A program made the position numbers and the translations under genes. This document shows positions 27,694-39,119 of a DNA stretch of 64,000 nucleotides, piece after piece. The notes under the pieces are model-generated. The model worked only from the letters and a program-made list of their open reading frames with translations. It was not told the origin of the DNA and did no database searches. The stretch comes from Squalus acanthias (lineage: Eukaryota). The stretch lies in the NCBI GenBank assembly GCA_030390025.1, contig CM059431.1, forward strand, positions 119,910,001 to 119,974,000. The letters run 5' to 3'. Every line of letters begins with the position of its first letter. The first letter of the stretch is position 1.

Positions 27694-28649
27694 TGTGGTG
27701 CGGTGTACAAACTTGTTTTATCAATTTCCGCGAAATCGAATTCGTAAAATTGTCTGAACATCTTGGTCAACAGGACCTGATACAACTGTTCCGTCTTTTT
27801 GGGGCACCACTCTGGTAACCGCACCTCGGTGAGATTTAAAATCACCGAGGCCACCGCGTAATGTACCCCCTGAAATAGTATCTGGTCTGTGGGGACCAGT
27901 ACCAAACCATTCCCGGGTCCCTTACTAGTTTTAGGGCACCCTTCCTCTTCAGCTAGAACCACCGGAATCGTGGGCGGGGCTTTGCGTGGGCGCGTAATGA
28001 GTTCAGTGGCATTTACCGGGATCGAAGAGTATGGGGCTCCGCACCCACTGGTGCTCGCATCCCACCTCATCCCCTGTCCGTTATCCTGCCATTGATTAAT
28101 GAAAAATATGGAGATGCCTTTGGGGCAAGCGTACTTTGACCCCCACATGCATACATAAATTCCCTCATCCGGTTCCCACCATTTGTCCCAACAGACTCTC
28201 ACTTGTCCGTTTGTCCCCGTAATTGTCCGATGGGTATTATTACCCAGTCGTTCCCACTCGACCGAAGAGTTCCTCATGTTTTTGCTCAGCTTTCACAGCC
28301 ACCACCATCGGCTCAATGGGACATTCCCACTACAAGTCAAACAAATCCGTTTGCCGACGGTGACGCTGATCCTGGGTGCGATGATCCTTACTTTGGGGCA
28401 CATTAAAGAAGTCTCTTGGTAGGCAAACCCCGATGTGCTGGAATACTCCGTCGAGTTCGTTCCCAGCCATCCTGGCCACCTTCCCTTGTGGAAATAGGTG
28501 GTGGTCTCCTCAGCCTCCCGCCTTCCGGTCCCATCCACCGCGATGGGGGCCGTGTCCCCGGAGCATCCAAACACCACGACATCCTTGGTGCGGCCTCGAT
28601 AGGCCAATCCACATCCGATTGCCGCGAGCAATACTAGAATTCGTTCCAT
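27694..28649 (-). pseudogene. env: 5' part of env (signal peptide, Ig-like domain), cut before the furin site
   Basis: Nearly identical to the env at 54381-55336; CGA>TGA nonsense at 28293-28295. Confidence 0.9.
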
Positions 28650-28724
28650 CCTTCCTTGGTTCCTGTGATCAGATAGAATGAGGTAGCCAGCCTCGCAAGA
28701 GTCTCTGGCTTTTGTGAAGGGTGA

Positions 28725-31700
28725 CCTGGGGCTGACCATTCGCGCTGGGGAAAGAGCCATAGATAAGGCTAGGAGGGAGTCGGTGCAAGAGTTACCGATT
28801 CCTAACAACATAAGGGGTGTGAGGTCCTTCTTGGGACTGACCGGTTACTGCAGGGATTTTATCGAAGACTATGCGGCCACAGCGGCGCCGCTCCTCCGAC
28901 TCCTCCATAAGGGAGTGGAGTGGTCTTGGGACGAGGGCTGCCAAGCAGCCTTCGAGAAGTTAAAGAGGGATCTGCAGACCGCGCCAGCCTTAGGGGCCAT
29001 AGATGGGGGGAAGGAGTTTTTCCTGGAGGTAGCTGCCAGCGGGGATAGCTTGAGCGCTGTGCTGCTCCAAGAGCGTCACGGCAAGCTGAGGCTGGTTGTC
29101 TATTCGTCCAGGGTGTTAACAGATGTGGAGAGGAGTTTCTCCAATTGCGAAAGGCACCTTTTAGCCACGCATTGGGCTGTGAAAAGATCAGCGATCTTCA
29201 CAGGGCTCTCTCCCATCACTCTCCTCACCCATCATACACCAACTAAGATGCTTCCAGATGGGAGGATCAAAGATGGGACCGTAAGCAGCGTGCGTATTGC
29301 GCGCTGGACCCTTCTTCTTTCCCAGATGGATCTTAGAGTTAAAGGTCTTTGCGAGCCCAGGCTTGCGGCCAATTTGGTATACCCCGGTACAGCCCACCGA
29401 TGTTCGGTGGAAGGGGTGTGGGACGTCAACATAGGTTTGCGGGCCGGGATACATCCCACTGGGCGCGAGATTTATGTTGATGGTTCTAGCACAGTATCTG
29501 CTGGCGAACGACTCACAGGGTGTGGAGTTTATGACCCTGCGGCAAACCTTGCCCTGGCGATCAAGCTCCCTAGCACCATGAGCGCGCAGCAGGCTGAGCT
29601 GTCTGCCGTGGTGTACGTTGTTACCCACCCAGACATTTTCCTAACCCCATACACGATTTGCTCGGACAGTATGTTCACATGCAATTCGTGTACGGAATAC
29701 CTGGCCATTTGGTCCCGCTGTGGATACACCTCCGTGGACGGGCGACCTTTAACGGTGAAGCCCTTGCTGGAAAAGATCCTAGCAGCAGTAGGGGAGGAAG
29801 GGGAGATTTTCATCCATAAGGTGAAGGCTCACTCCTCCACAGAGCCCAGTGGGGAGGGCAACCAACAGGCGGATGCGCTAACCAGGGAAGGTGCCCGCAA
29901 CGGCATTTTCTGGGACCCCTATGGGACCAGACCCATGGCAGCGATCCAAGGCAGGGACGGGAATCCCGGGAACACCAGGGTAGCATTGCCCCTAGACCTT
30001 AAGACCGTCCAGAACCAGGATCCCGCCCTAAAAGCAGTCCTAAAAACCATTGCTGAGGGGAAGCAGGTAGAGGGTCCGTACAGTACGGCAACCCTCTCAG
30101 TTAAGGAAGGCATGCTGTTCCGCGAGGAGCAGTGGGTTGTGCCGCAGCAGCACAGGAGGGAATTCCTCCAGTTGGCTCACGAGGGACCAGGGGCAGGGCA
30201 CCCCGGGCCCGAGGTTACCTGGCAACGGGTAGAGCAAGCGGGATGGTGGCCGGGGCTCAGGGAACAGGTCCGCGAGTTCTGTGCAAACTGTCTCGTGTGC
30301 GCTGCAAACAACCCAGACCCCCAGAAAAGGAAAGTGCCCATGGGGCACGTAAGAAGGTTAGAGGGACCATGGCAGTCGATACAGATCGACTATATAGGAC
30401 CCCTGCCCACCACCCAGGGAGGCTATAAATACTGCCTCGTCTTGGTGGATGTGTTTTCCAAATGGGTGGAAGCCTTCCCCTGTCGAACAGCTACGGCACT
30501 GGGTACTGCAAAAATCTTGGTCAGGGAAGTGTTCTCGCGGTGGGGACTTCCCCGTTTTGTGGAGTCAGACCAAGGGAGTCATTTCACCGGCCAGGTGATG
30601 CAGAACACCCTCATGCTTTTGGGCATTGAAGGGAAGTGGCACGTAGCACACAATCCCCAGTCATCCGGGATTGTTGAACGCATGAACCGGACCCTGAAGG
30701 AGAAATTGAGGAAAGAGACTAGGAACTCGCCCCAAAAATGGGCGGAAGTTCTGCCTTTAGTCCTCATGGGGGTCCGGGCCAGTCAGTCAAAAAGTACGGG
30801 GTACTCCCCGCACGAGGTGATGACTGGGAGGCTCATGCGAACCCCCACCCATGTGCTAGCGCCGGTGCTCACTGAGGGTCAGCTCCAAGAGATAAGCAGG
30901 GACAAGTTCGCCCAGACCCTCTTGGAGCGCCTGAAGCAGGTTTATGAGCAGGCGGCTGGGAACATGGGAAGGCAGCATCAGGGCAATCGCCTGTTGCTGG
31001 AACCCCGCAAAACGCGGGAGTGGGAAGTAGGAGACCAGGTTATGGTCAGAAACTACGCAAGAGTAGGGAGTCTGGAACCACTGTATATGGGACCCTACAA
31101 TATTGTAGATAAGGCGAGTCCCATGGTATACGCCGTAAAGGTACCTCGGCGCACTAAGTGGTTCCACGTAAACCAGTGCAAATTGTACAAGCCAGGTGCA
31201 CAAGGGAAAACCACAGGGGCAAAACCTGCGAGTGGGGACTCGCAGCCCCAGGTAGGACCACAGGGCACACAGGCAGGCAAAGCAGCTTGCATCAGGGAAG
31301 GGGACATCCTGGAAAATTGTGAAACATTTTTGTGGGGTTGGGAGTCAGATGAGGGAGAGTTCCCGGAACTCGAGTCAGATGAGGATAGTGATGAGGACGA
31401 GTGGGAATCGGGGAACGCAAGGGTCGCCCCCGATTCAGGTATAGGGAGGACAGGGGCTGCAGATAGAGATCCACACAGGGTGGACACCGAGGCTGCAGGT
31501 CCCGAACACAGGAGGGAGGAGCTAGGGGAGGCGGAGCCAGCCGCTGTGAGACCACAGGGCGTGACGGCGGAAATCTCAGAGCCCGAGCCGCCCGCCTTGA
31601 ACGTCCTGCCCTCGAGGGAGGTAGGGATTGCAAGTGAAGGGCCGCCGGCTGGGCCGAGCAGGGCGGTGCCACAAGCTGCAAGTCCCGAGGTCAGGGAGGC

Positions 31701-32046
31701 GGAGTCAGGGGAGGCGGAGCCAGCGACTGTGGTGGGACCACAGGTCGTCCCGGCGAAAGTCTCGAAACCCGGTCCGTCGGTCCTGGGATTCCTGCCCCCG
31801 ACAACTCCTCGTAGGTCAGGTCGAGCACCCTAGCCCAGGAAGATGTGGTCATGTCCCCAGACTGCCCCAAGGCGCAGGTTTAAGGTTAAGGCAGCCCAGG
31901 TAGGGCCCAGTCCCATCGCAGCAGCAACAGGCTGCGGCAGATCAAAGGAAGGGGTCAGTGCAGCAACAGGCTGCGGCGGATCAAAGGAAGGGGTCAGTGC
32001 CCTCCCACCGTCGGGAAGAGCTCGCAGCAGCCTTCTCAGAATTTAA
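28725..32046 (+). pseudogene. pol: Inverted pol fragment: RT thumb, tether, RNase H, integrase and acidic tail
   Basis: VRSFLGLTGYCR, IYVDGSS, AQQAEL, HHCC, IQIDYIGP, SDQGSHF, GIVERMN; premature TAG at 31831-31833. Confidence 0.95.
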
Positions 32047-32278
32047 AGGGGCCGCCCTGAGAACGGGCGGCGCTGTACAGTTATAGTTTAAGTTTTAAGT
32101 TCATAGTTTAAGTTTAAGTTTCTAAGTTTAAGGTTAAGAATAAGGTTATAAGTTTATGGTTTTAAAATCGGGTTAAGTTTGTAGTTTAATTTTAACAGAA
32201 AATGGAAAAATGATGGGAGCTTTAGATAGGTCTAGTTAAAGTTTATTTAGTGAACATTGAAGTTTACGTGAGGCGAGG

Positions 32279-33565
32279 TCAGGGGACCCGCTCACCCTTC
32301 CTGGGGCTGCGCTGATATACTGGCCACAGCCTGTCGGCAAAAACCTTCGGGGGTTCTCCCTCCATCTGCACTGTCTGTCCCACTCTAACAAACGGACCTT
32401 CATCGTCCGTCCCCAACACTTCTAGGACCTCATTTTTTAATGCCTCATATGTCTTGGTTCCCCTCTTGCTCTCGTCCGAGAGACACTGAAGGATTGAACT
32501 GCCTAACGAAAATAACAGCATTTTTGCTGTTTCCCCATCATCGCAGCCGTTAATGGCTGCGGTTTGCTCAACTTCTCTGAAATGTACGGAAGGGTCGTCT
32601 GACTCGGTCAGCTTCCGTACGTGATTTATCATAACTCTCAGCTGGTGTGAGCTGTGAGGCAACACAAGCTGGTTGAGGAGATCCCCTGATTCCCCACCGT
32701 TCCCGTTTGGGCCCCTTTTTATACCCGTAACTGGATACAACGGTCCCTTTTCCACTTCTCCCTCAGTGGGCTCTTTCGTTTCTTCTACTACTTCCTCCCT
32801 TACCCAGGTTTCCGAATAGCTGGGTGGCGCGGAGGGCGTAGTGGCTAATACTTCCTTTGCTTTACTTGGTGGGAATTTCTGAGACTCCTCATCTACTAGT
32901 GGCTGGTGTGCTGACGGACTGATAAGGCACACCATGCCGTGCGCTTTGTTCACGGCCCTTTTAAGGTGTTCTATCTCCTTTTGGCAGACGCTATGATCGG
33001 CCCCCTGAAATTTATCCTCAAGGGCCATCTTATATGCCGCCCTAACCCCCGTTAAGCTATCTTCCTGGGCTCTTATTTGGGCAGCTTGGCGGGCACATCG
33101 TTCCTTTAGTCTGCCCTCACTTAACTTTGCCTCAGTGACCTGACACTCGAGGTAATCTATTTTTGCTTTGTGGTGACTGGTGATTTCCTGGCGTTCTCGG
33201 TGTAGCGCACTTAAATTCCTGATGAGCAACTCCCCTCCAGAGACTTTCTCATCCATTTCCTCCTCTAAATGCCTGATCCGAGCTGTTTGCGCTGTAATGA
33301 CCTGGTTTGAAATCTGGACCTGCCTTTTGTAACACATTAACCAGACTGCTTTCTCGACTGTCTTTTTATGTTCCTTACTATCTGTCCACCTCTCGGCTGC
33401 CTCTAGTGGACTCTTATCCGCTAACAGGTCACTTATCCATTTCTTAGTTAGATTTACCTTTCCGAACACATAATCTGCTATCTTTTCCTGCATAACATTT
33501 CGTACATTCACACCAAAGTCTAACACACTACCCTCTCGCTGCCAGTGTCCTGCCACGGTCGCCAT
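32279..33565 (-). CDS. gag: Truncated Gag (428 aa, open; lacks the NC zinc knuckle)
   Basis: About 90% identical by eye to residues 1-420 of the 602-aa Gag; ends in a junction-derived tail. Confidence 0.85.
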   Translation of the reverse strand: MATVAGHWQREGSVLDFGVNVRNVMQEKIADYVFGKVNLTKKWISDLLADKSPLEAAERWTDSKEHKKTVEKAVWLMCYKRQVQISNQVITAQTARIRHLEEEMDEKVSGGELLIRNLSALHRERQEITSHHKAKIDYLECQVTEAKLSEGRLKERCARQAAQIRAQEDSLTGVRAAYKMALEDKFQGADHSVCQKEIEHLKRAVNKAHGMVCLISPSAHQPLVDEESQKFPPSKAKEVLATTPSAPPSYSETWVREEVVEETKEPTEGEVEKGPLYPVTGIKRGPNGNGGESGDLLNQLVLPHSSHQLRVMINHVRKLTESDDPSVHFREVEQTAAINGCDDGETAKMLLFSLGSSILQCLSDESKRGTKTYEALKNEVLEVLGTDDEGPFVRVGQTVQMEGEPPKVFADRLWPVYQRSPRKGERVP

Positions 33566-33569
33566 TTTC

Positions 33570-35152
33570 TGTAAGGGTTTTTTTGTCTCTCAGCCTGTGA
33601 GATTCGTGTGGCTCTGTGCAGCCCGGGTGCTAGTGCGGGTTTAGGCCTTGTTGCCTGTTCTGGTCTCCAGCCAGTCTGGGAGCACTAGACACACTTGTGA
33701 GTCGTTCGACCCACTCGCCCTTACGGTTCTAGACACTGGACTTAGATGCGAGAGCAGTAATGGAGATGAAACTCAGGTAGACTCGGTTGAATGGTACGAA
33801 ATGGAAAATCTTTATTGCATATTACTTAAGATTACGAAATACATGTCATAAGCACAGATTAATGACAGTACAATCTTACACGCAGTTATGTAACTAATTT
33901 CGGGGAAACGAGGAACGAACGACACATCGTAAATGGGGGCACACATTACAATTATCCTTAATACTTAAAACCCTCCCCTATCAATATCTGTCCTAAGCTA
34001 GATTCGTAGGATTCGAGACTCATGCTCACCACTCGTGATAACTCGGAGAATTCCGAAAACTCTGATCGGATGTTTTTCACCGCAGCGCCCACGTGTCGAT
34101 CAGGGGGTCTCCTGGCCCCACTTGTTTACTCGTTTCTGCTCCGGCTAGCAGGCTGGAACGTCTGCTGTCATGAAGATCGGTGTTGACCTTGGATTCCCGA
34201 TCAAAACCTACAAAGTTCACTTATTTCGGGCGCGGTCGGGGTTTACTGACCGTGACGAGATGTATTGTCGTCTTCTCTTCTCATCTCATCTCATCTCATC
34301 TCATCTCGGGCCTTCGGTTCCAACACCGTTTACCGACTCCTCGGGATGGTGCGCCCGTTTCAAGGCTTCACAGCCCAGTTCTACACAGGTCTTCGCGACA
34401 CGACACGAGGTAGATCCGAGCGGATCGTAAAGTTCAACAGTCTTTTTTGAAAAGAGACACGAGGCAAGCAGGAACAAGACGGCGAGTCAAGAGCACAGGA
34501 GCAGCCACGAGGATAAGAGAGAGATGGACGGTTTGGAGCTTGCAATTATAGTGCAAAATCTTCCGTTTCCCGCCCAACCTTAATGTCTTTTCTTTTGTTA
34601 GGGTTTGGCGCTCAAATGTCTTGTATAGGGTGATCTTCGTTTTAATGGGTTTCGGGGCTACTCGTAAATGTCTGAGTACCTGTTAATATTTCTCCCATTG
34701 TTTAATCGGTCGGTGTTCTCCCTGGAGGGGTTTTGGGGCTTCCAAATGTTTTCTGTAACTACCCGCTAACGGCTCTCTCATCGTAGAGTCGTTGGGATTT
34801 TACATATTAATGTCTTTGGATGGGTTCTTGATTACTTGGTACAATAGCTTTTATTCGTACCTGGGAGACCGATTTCAGTATTTATGTGTATACTGTAAAC
34901 CCATGATGTCTCGTGTATTATCTTCAATGTGCTGAGTCTTAATCGATCTTGCACAAATGTTTACTGGAACGCCATCTTGTCTGCCTGTTGAAAAGTCTAG
35001 AATGTTCTGCCACGAGGTGCGGCGGCCATTTTACAAGCTGCTTGTGTCCACTTTGAAAACCTGACAGCATTCTGCTGAAATAAAAACTGTTTGAACGAAA
35101 CTCTGTGTTTTTCTCCTTATTAATAAAATCGCGATATATTGCGAATTCTACA
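33570..35152 (-). repeat. 5' LTR of the rearranged ERV (1583 bp), with PBS at 33547-33564
   Basis: TGTAAGGG...TTCTACA ends; homologous to the 1637-bp LTRs with indels; PBS TGGCGACCGTGGCAGGAC. Confidence 0.95.
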
Positions 35153-37606
35153 CCGGGCATGAGTGGGCTGCAGTCAGGGCAGAGGAAAAGGGTAACGCAG
35201 GTGCCAGCTTCCTGGAGGGTGAGGTCGCTCACGAGTTCTGCTTCACAGGACTCAGATGAGGACTTCGATGGGGCGGCCTACTGGAGAATACTGATGGGTA
35301 TGTACAGTGAAATCCTTGGTGCATTGGCAGGCCTGCCAGAAAGCCTGAATGCAATGTCACCCAAGGTCTGAGTGCTGCAATGGAAGCTCAGACTGAAATC
35401 TTGCAAGCTCAGCTTGCTGCCATGCAAGCACGGACTGCTGCCATCACGGCTGGGGTTACTAGTGTTGAACGGGGCTTGCACGGTGTCACAGCAGTCCAGC
35501 AATCTGTCCTCCAGCAGATTACTAGGATTGCTGAGGCGCTGCCCCGGGGAAGTGGCAGTGGCTCCGTGGAAGATGAACCTGCTCTCCTCTCTCAGGATGA
35601 CAGCATTCCTGTTCCCACCACTGCCACTACACCAGTGCCCTTGCTGCTGCCTGTCAGCCAGCCAGCCTAGACTGCTGCCGCCCATGCCGAGGTGTGCAGT
35701 CCGAACCTGGGCCTACTAGGACCAGAGCTGCTCAAGGTCATCCTGCAGTCTCCTCCACTGAAAGTCAGCAGCCTTCCACCAGCCATGCTGCAGCCACTGG
35801 GGTAGCACTGCGTAGGAGCACTAGGACAGGTAAAGGCACACTGAAAACAGGCACTAAGGAAATGCACAAGGGTGATTAGTTGACTTTTGAATTAAATATT
35901 GTAATGGTTTGATTCATAAAATTGGTTTGGAATGTTTGTTTTGTGGTGGCTTTTATTATAACACTGTGATGGTCAGTAACAGAGGGAAGATAAGGTGTGG
36001 AACTAATGTTGAATGGAGAATTTGGGCTGCGTTCACTGGTACCACAGTCAGATGATTGGACCACGAACAGCCCGGACAGACAGTGACTGTCTGGGTTGCC
36101 TCCTCCCTTCCACTTCCTCCTCCTCCTCCTCCTCCTCCTCAGCTGGTCACTGTATGCCTGGTGGCAAGGGCTGCACCCTCATGATGGCGAGGTTGTGGAG
36201 CATGCAGCAGACCACGGCGCATCTTGAGACAGGCTCTGGTGAGTACTGCAGGGCTCCTCCAGAGTGGTCCAGGCATCGGAAGCGTTGTTTAAGAATGCCA
36301 ATGGACTGTTCTATAAGATTCTGTGCGGCAGCATGACTTTCATTTTATGCATGCTGCCCACGTGTGCGTGGTTTGCACAACGGAGTCATGAAAAATGTTG
36401 TCAGCGGATAGCCCTTGTCACCCAGTAGCCACCCTCTGGTTTCTCATGGTGGCTCAAATGCGGATGGTACTGCTGACTGACGCAGATTGAAGGCATCCTG
36501 GCTGCTGCCAGGATACATGCATGATGCGCTGAGCTTGATCACACACCAGCTGGACACCGAGGGAGTGGAATCTCTTCTGGTTGCTGTACATCTCCAACTT
36601 GAGATGCAACACCCACAAAGCGACTTGTGTGCAGTGAATGGCACCCTGCACCATGGGGAAGCCTGCTATCCTGGCAAAGCCATGTGCTCGCTCTGCCTGT
36701 TTCTCTCTGCCAAGAGAAGATTAAATGTATTCAGCTCTCTTTGCATATAGAGCCTCACTCAATTCCCTTATACAGGAGTGGACGGCAAACTGGGAGATGT
36801 TACAGATGTCTCCTGCTCTAGCCTGGAAGGAGCCCGACGCGAAGAAGTTCAAGGCCACGTTCACCTTTACAGCCACTGGCAATGCTGTCCTCGCCCTGGA
36901 CTGAGGCTGCAGTTCTGCCTGCAGCAGGTGGCAGATTTCAATGAGTATAACGGCGACGTCGCACACACTGTTCCTCACTGAGTTTGAGATTGGAGAATTG
37001 CTCCCTGAAGACCCTGGGTGGATATGGCCTCCTGTTGAGAGCCCTTCGCCCCGCCCCTGCCCCCATCCCCCACTTCTCCTGCCTCTTCTAGCAGCTTGTC
37101 CTGCTCTGTGTCACCTCTGCTCATTTTCCCTGTCATGGAGCAGGCCAAGGGGGATACAAACCACTGCACCCATGTCTGGGAGTAACTGGTCTGAGCGGAC
37201 CCCTTGCAACTCAGGACCAAGTCCTTGAGCACATGCCACTCCACTCCTTGTTTAGGAAAATTTAAAGAAGTCTAGAAAGCACCAAACACTTCTACAAACC
37301 CAGCAACACCTAGTAGAAATCAATCAACAACTAACCTGTAAGTAGGTGATGCTCCCTTTAAATAGTACTGGTGTGTGCTCCTTCCTGCTGCTGAAAGCAT
37401 ATTCAGCTGTGCGAGGTTAAGAGAGGGCATTAGTTCCAGCGTTGAGGTTGAAAATGGCAGCGCTGACGTCAAATCAGCGTTACACACTAATTGATGTCAC
37501 AATCTGCCTACTCTGCATACTTACAGCGCACGCTCCTAACGCCAACGCGAATGCTCGCACCAAAATGGTGTGAGCTGGTGATAGAGATATTATGAGGGGT
37601 GACTAT

Positions 37607-38255
37607 GGGCTAAAAATTGAGTAGCGCCCCAAACTTCGCCGGAGTGCTACTTTTAGCGCCCCGGAAAAATTAGCGCCTCCGTGCCAGAAATTGAATGGTT
37701 GCACCCCAAGAGGGAAGCAGGGCGCTACTGGAAGTGCCCCACATCCCTCTTGGAGCGCTGCGAGTCAATATTGCGGCGCTGTGGCACGTCACACCGCGGT
37801 ATTGCAGGCCTCCCTCCCCTTCTTAAAGGGAAGAGGTCTTGCGCAGCATGTCCCGAGGCCCAGCTGGGCCCCCCGGGGATCGGATGTGCTGGCAAATGAG
37901 CCCGGCACCCAAGAGAAATGCCGGACTCCTGGAGCGCAGCCAGCACTCCGCGCGGAGGGGGGGGCGGTTCAGGAGGCCGGGGACAGCAGCGCAGGCAGGT
38001 GCTGACAGGCGACCAGCAACAAAAATGGCTGACCCGCACTGCGCCTTTAAATAGCGCCTCCCTGGCCGCAGGTAGGCCCCCCTGACCCCATCGGACATAG
38101 AGTCCGGCGGTAAGTCAGGGGGCGCTCCTGAAGATCGCGGCCGGGGCGCGAGCGGGGCGCTGTGCATGGTGATGACATCATCGCCGGCGGCGCAGCGCTG
38201 CGGGGCACTATTTAGGGCGCTAACGGGAGGTGCAAAGCAACCTAATTTTTCCCCC
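37607..38255. mobile_element. GC/CpG-rich Harbinger-type MITE
   Basis: Ends GGGCTAAAAATT and AATTTTTCCCCC; right end resembles 17570-17627. Confidence 0.7.
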
Positions 38256-38275
38256 ATATCTCAGTCAAAGATGTA

Positions 38276-39119
38276 GGGGGGAATTTTGCCAGCCCTGGGG
38301 AGGCGGGTATGGAGGCGGGAATGCCGGGAAAATGGCAGAAACTGGGAGCAGGTACCTAACTCGCTCCCAACCCGCCTCCGTGCCATCTTCCCGGAAGGTG
38401 GGTCCCCGACTCGAGTAGCGACCCGTCTCCTCGAGGCGGGAATGGATTACATCCAATTAACTGCCTGTGAACAGGTAGTTAACAGGCAGTTAAGTAGCTT
38501 ATCCCCATTTTACCCCTGCATGTGTGGGCTTCCCGACGGCTGCGAACCTCACCAGGGTCAGTGACGTGAGCAGTGGGTCTGCGGGGGTGAGAGGGATAAA
38601 AAAGTCCGCTGTGGAGGTGAGTGATGGGTGCAAGTGTGGAGAGGTAAGTATGGGAGGTGAGTGTAAAGTGTTAGAAAAAGTTTACTTACCTTTGCTTCTT
38701 CCTGCAGGCTTCAACCCTTGGGGATCCGGAGGTGCCTCATCTCAATGGCAGAGATGACAGAATGGCTGCTGCATTCTCAGATGCAGCAGCCATCTGATTT
38801 CTGCTGAGGAAAGAGGTTTGGTGAGCCTTCAGTACAAGGGCTCACATTAGAACAGAGATTGTCAATGTTTGACAGCTTCTCAAAGCTGTCAAACGCTAAC
38901 AATTCATCTGTCAAAAATTTTTGACAGATGAAACGTCATATGCTGACGTCTTCTGTCACCGGCTTTCCCTTAATTGGCCGGCTAAGCCCGCAGGGCGGGC
39001 TTAACAAGGTCAATCAAAGGAAAATAGCGTGAGTTGGCCGGACGTCATTGGGGGCGGGACTGAAACCCAACAACCAGCAGTCCCGCCCCCAACGCGCCCC
39101 CATTGACAAAATCCAGCCC
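38276..39119. mobile_element. Non-autonomous Harbinger-type element
   Basis: Ends GGGGGGAATTTTGCC and GACAAAATCCAGCCC; subterminal similarity to 420-640 and 2640-2805. Confidence 0.65.

Larger units (their letters stand above)
27694..35152 (-). mobile_element. Rearranged, truncated second copy of the lokiretrovirus-like ERV
   Basis: Highly similar to 54381-63593. Order on the minus strand: LTR, partial gag, inverted pol, partial env. No 3' LTR or TSD. Confidence 0.95.
26966..37570. mobile_element. PIF/Harbinger transposon split by the rearranged ERV
   Basis: Left TIR GGGCTAAAATTGG. Myb/SANT exon at about 27292-27520 (APRFSGAALEALV...QCWKKFNDF). Partner C-terminus at 35153-35879. Decayed transposase at about 36060-37170 (-; ALNFFASGSFQ, VQGAIHCT). 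Confidence 0.8.

Noticed and set aside
28714..31833. 1039-aa plus-strand ORF as an independent gene
   Set aside because: It starts at a GTG across the inversion junction, and is simply the inverted pol fragment.
37607..38255. Host CpG-island promoter
   Set aside because: Bounded by Harbinger-type TIRs and similar to the end of the 14457-17627 element.
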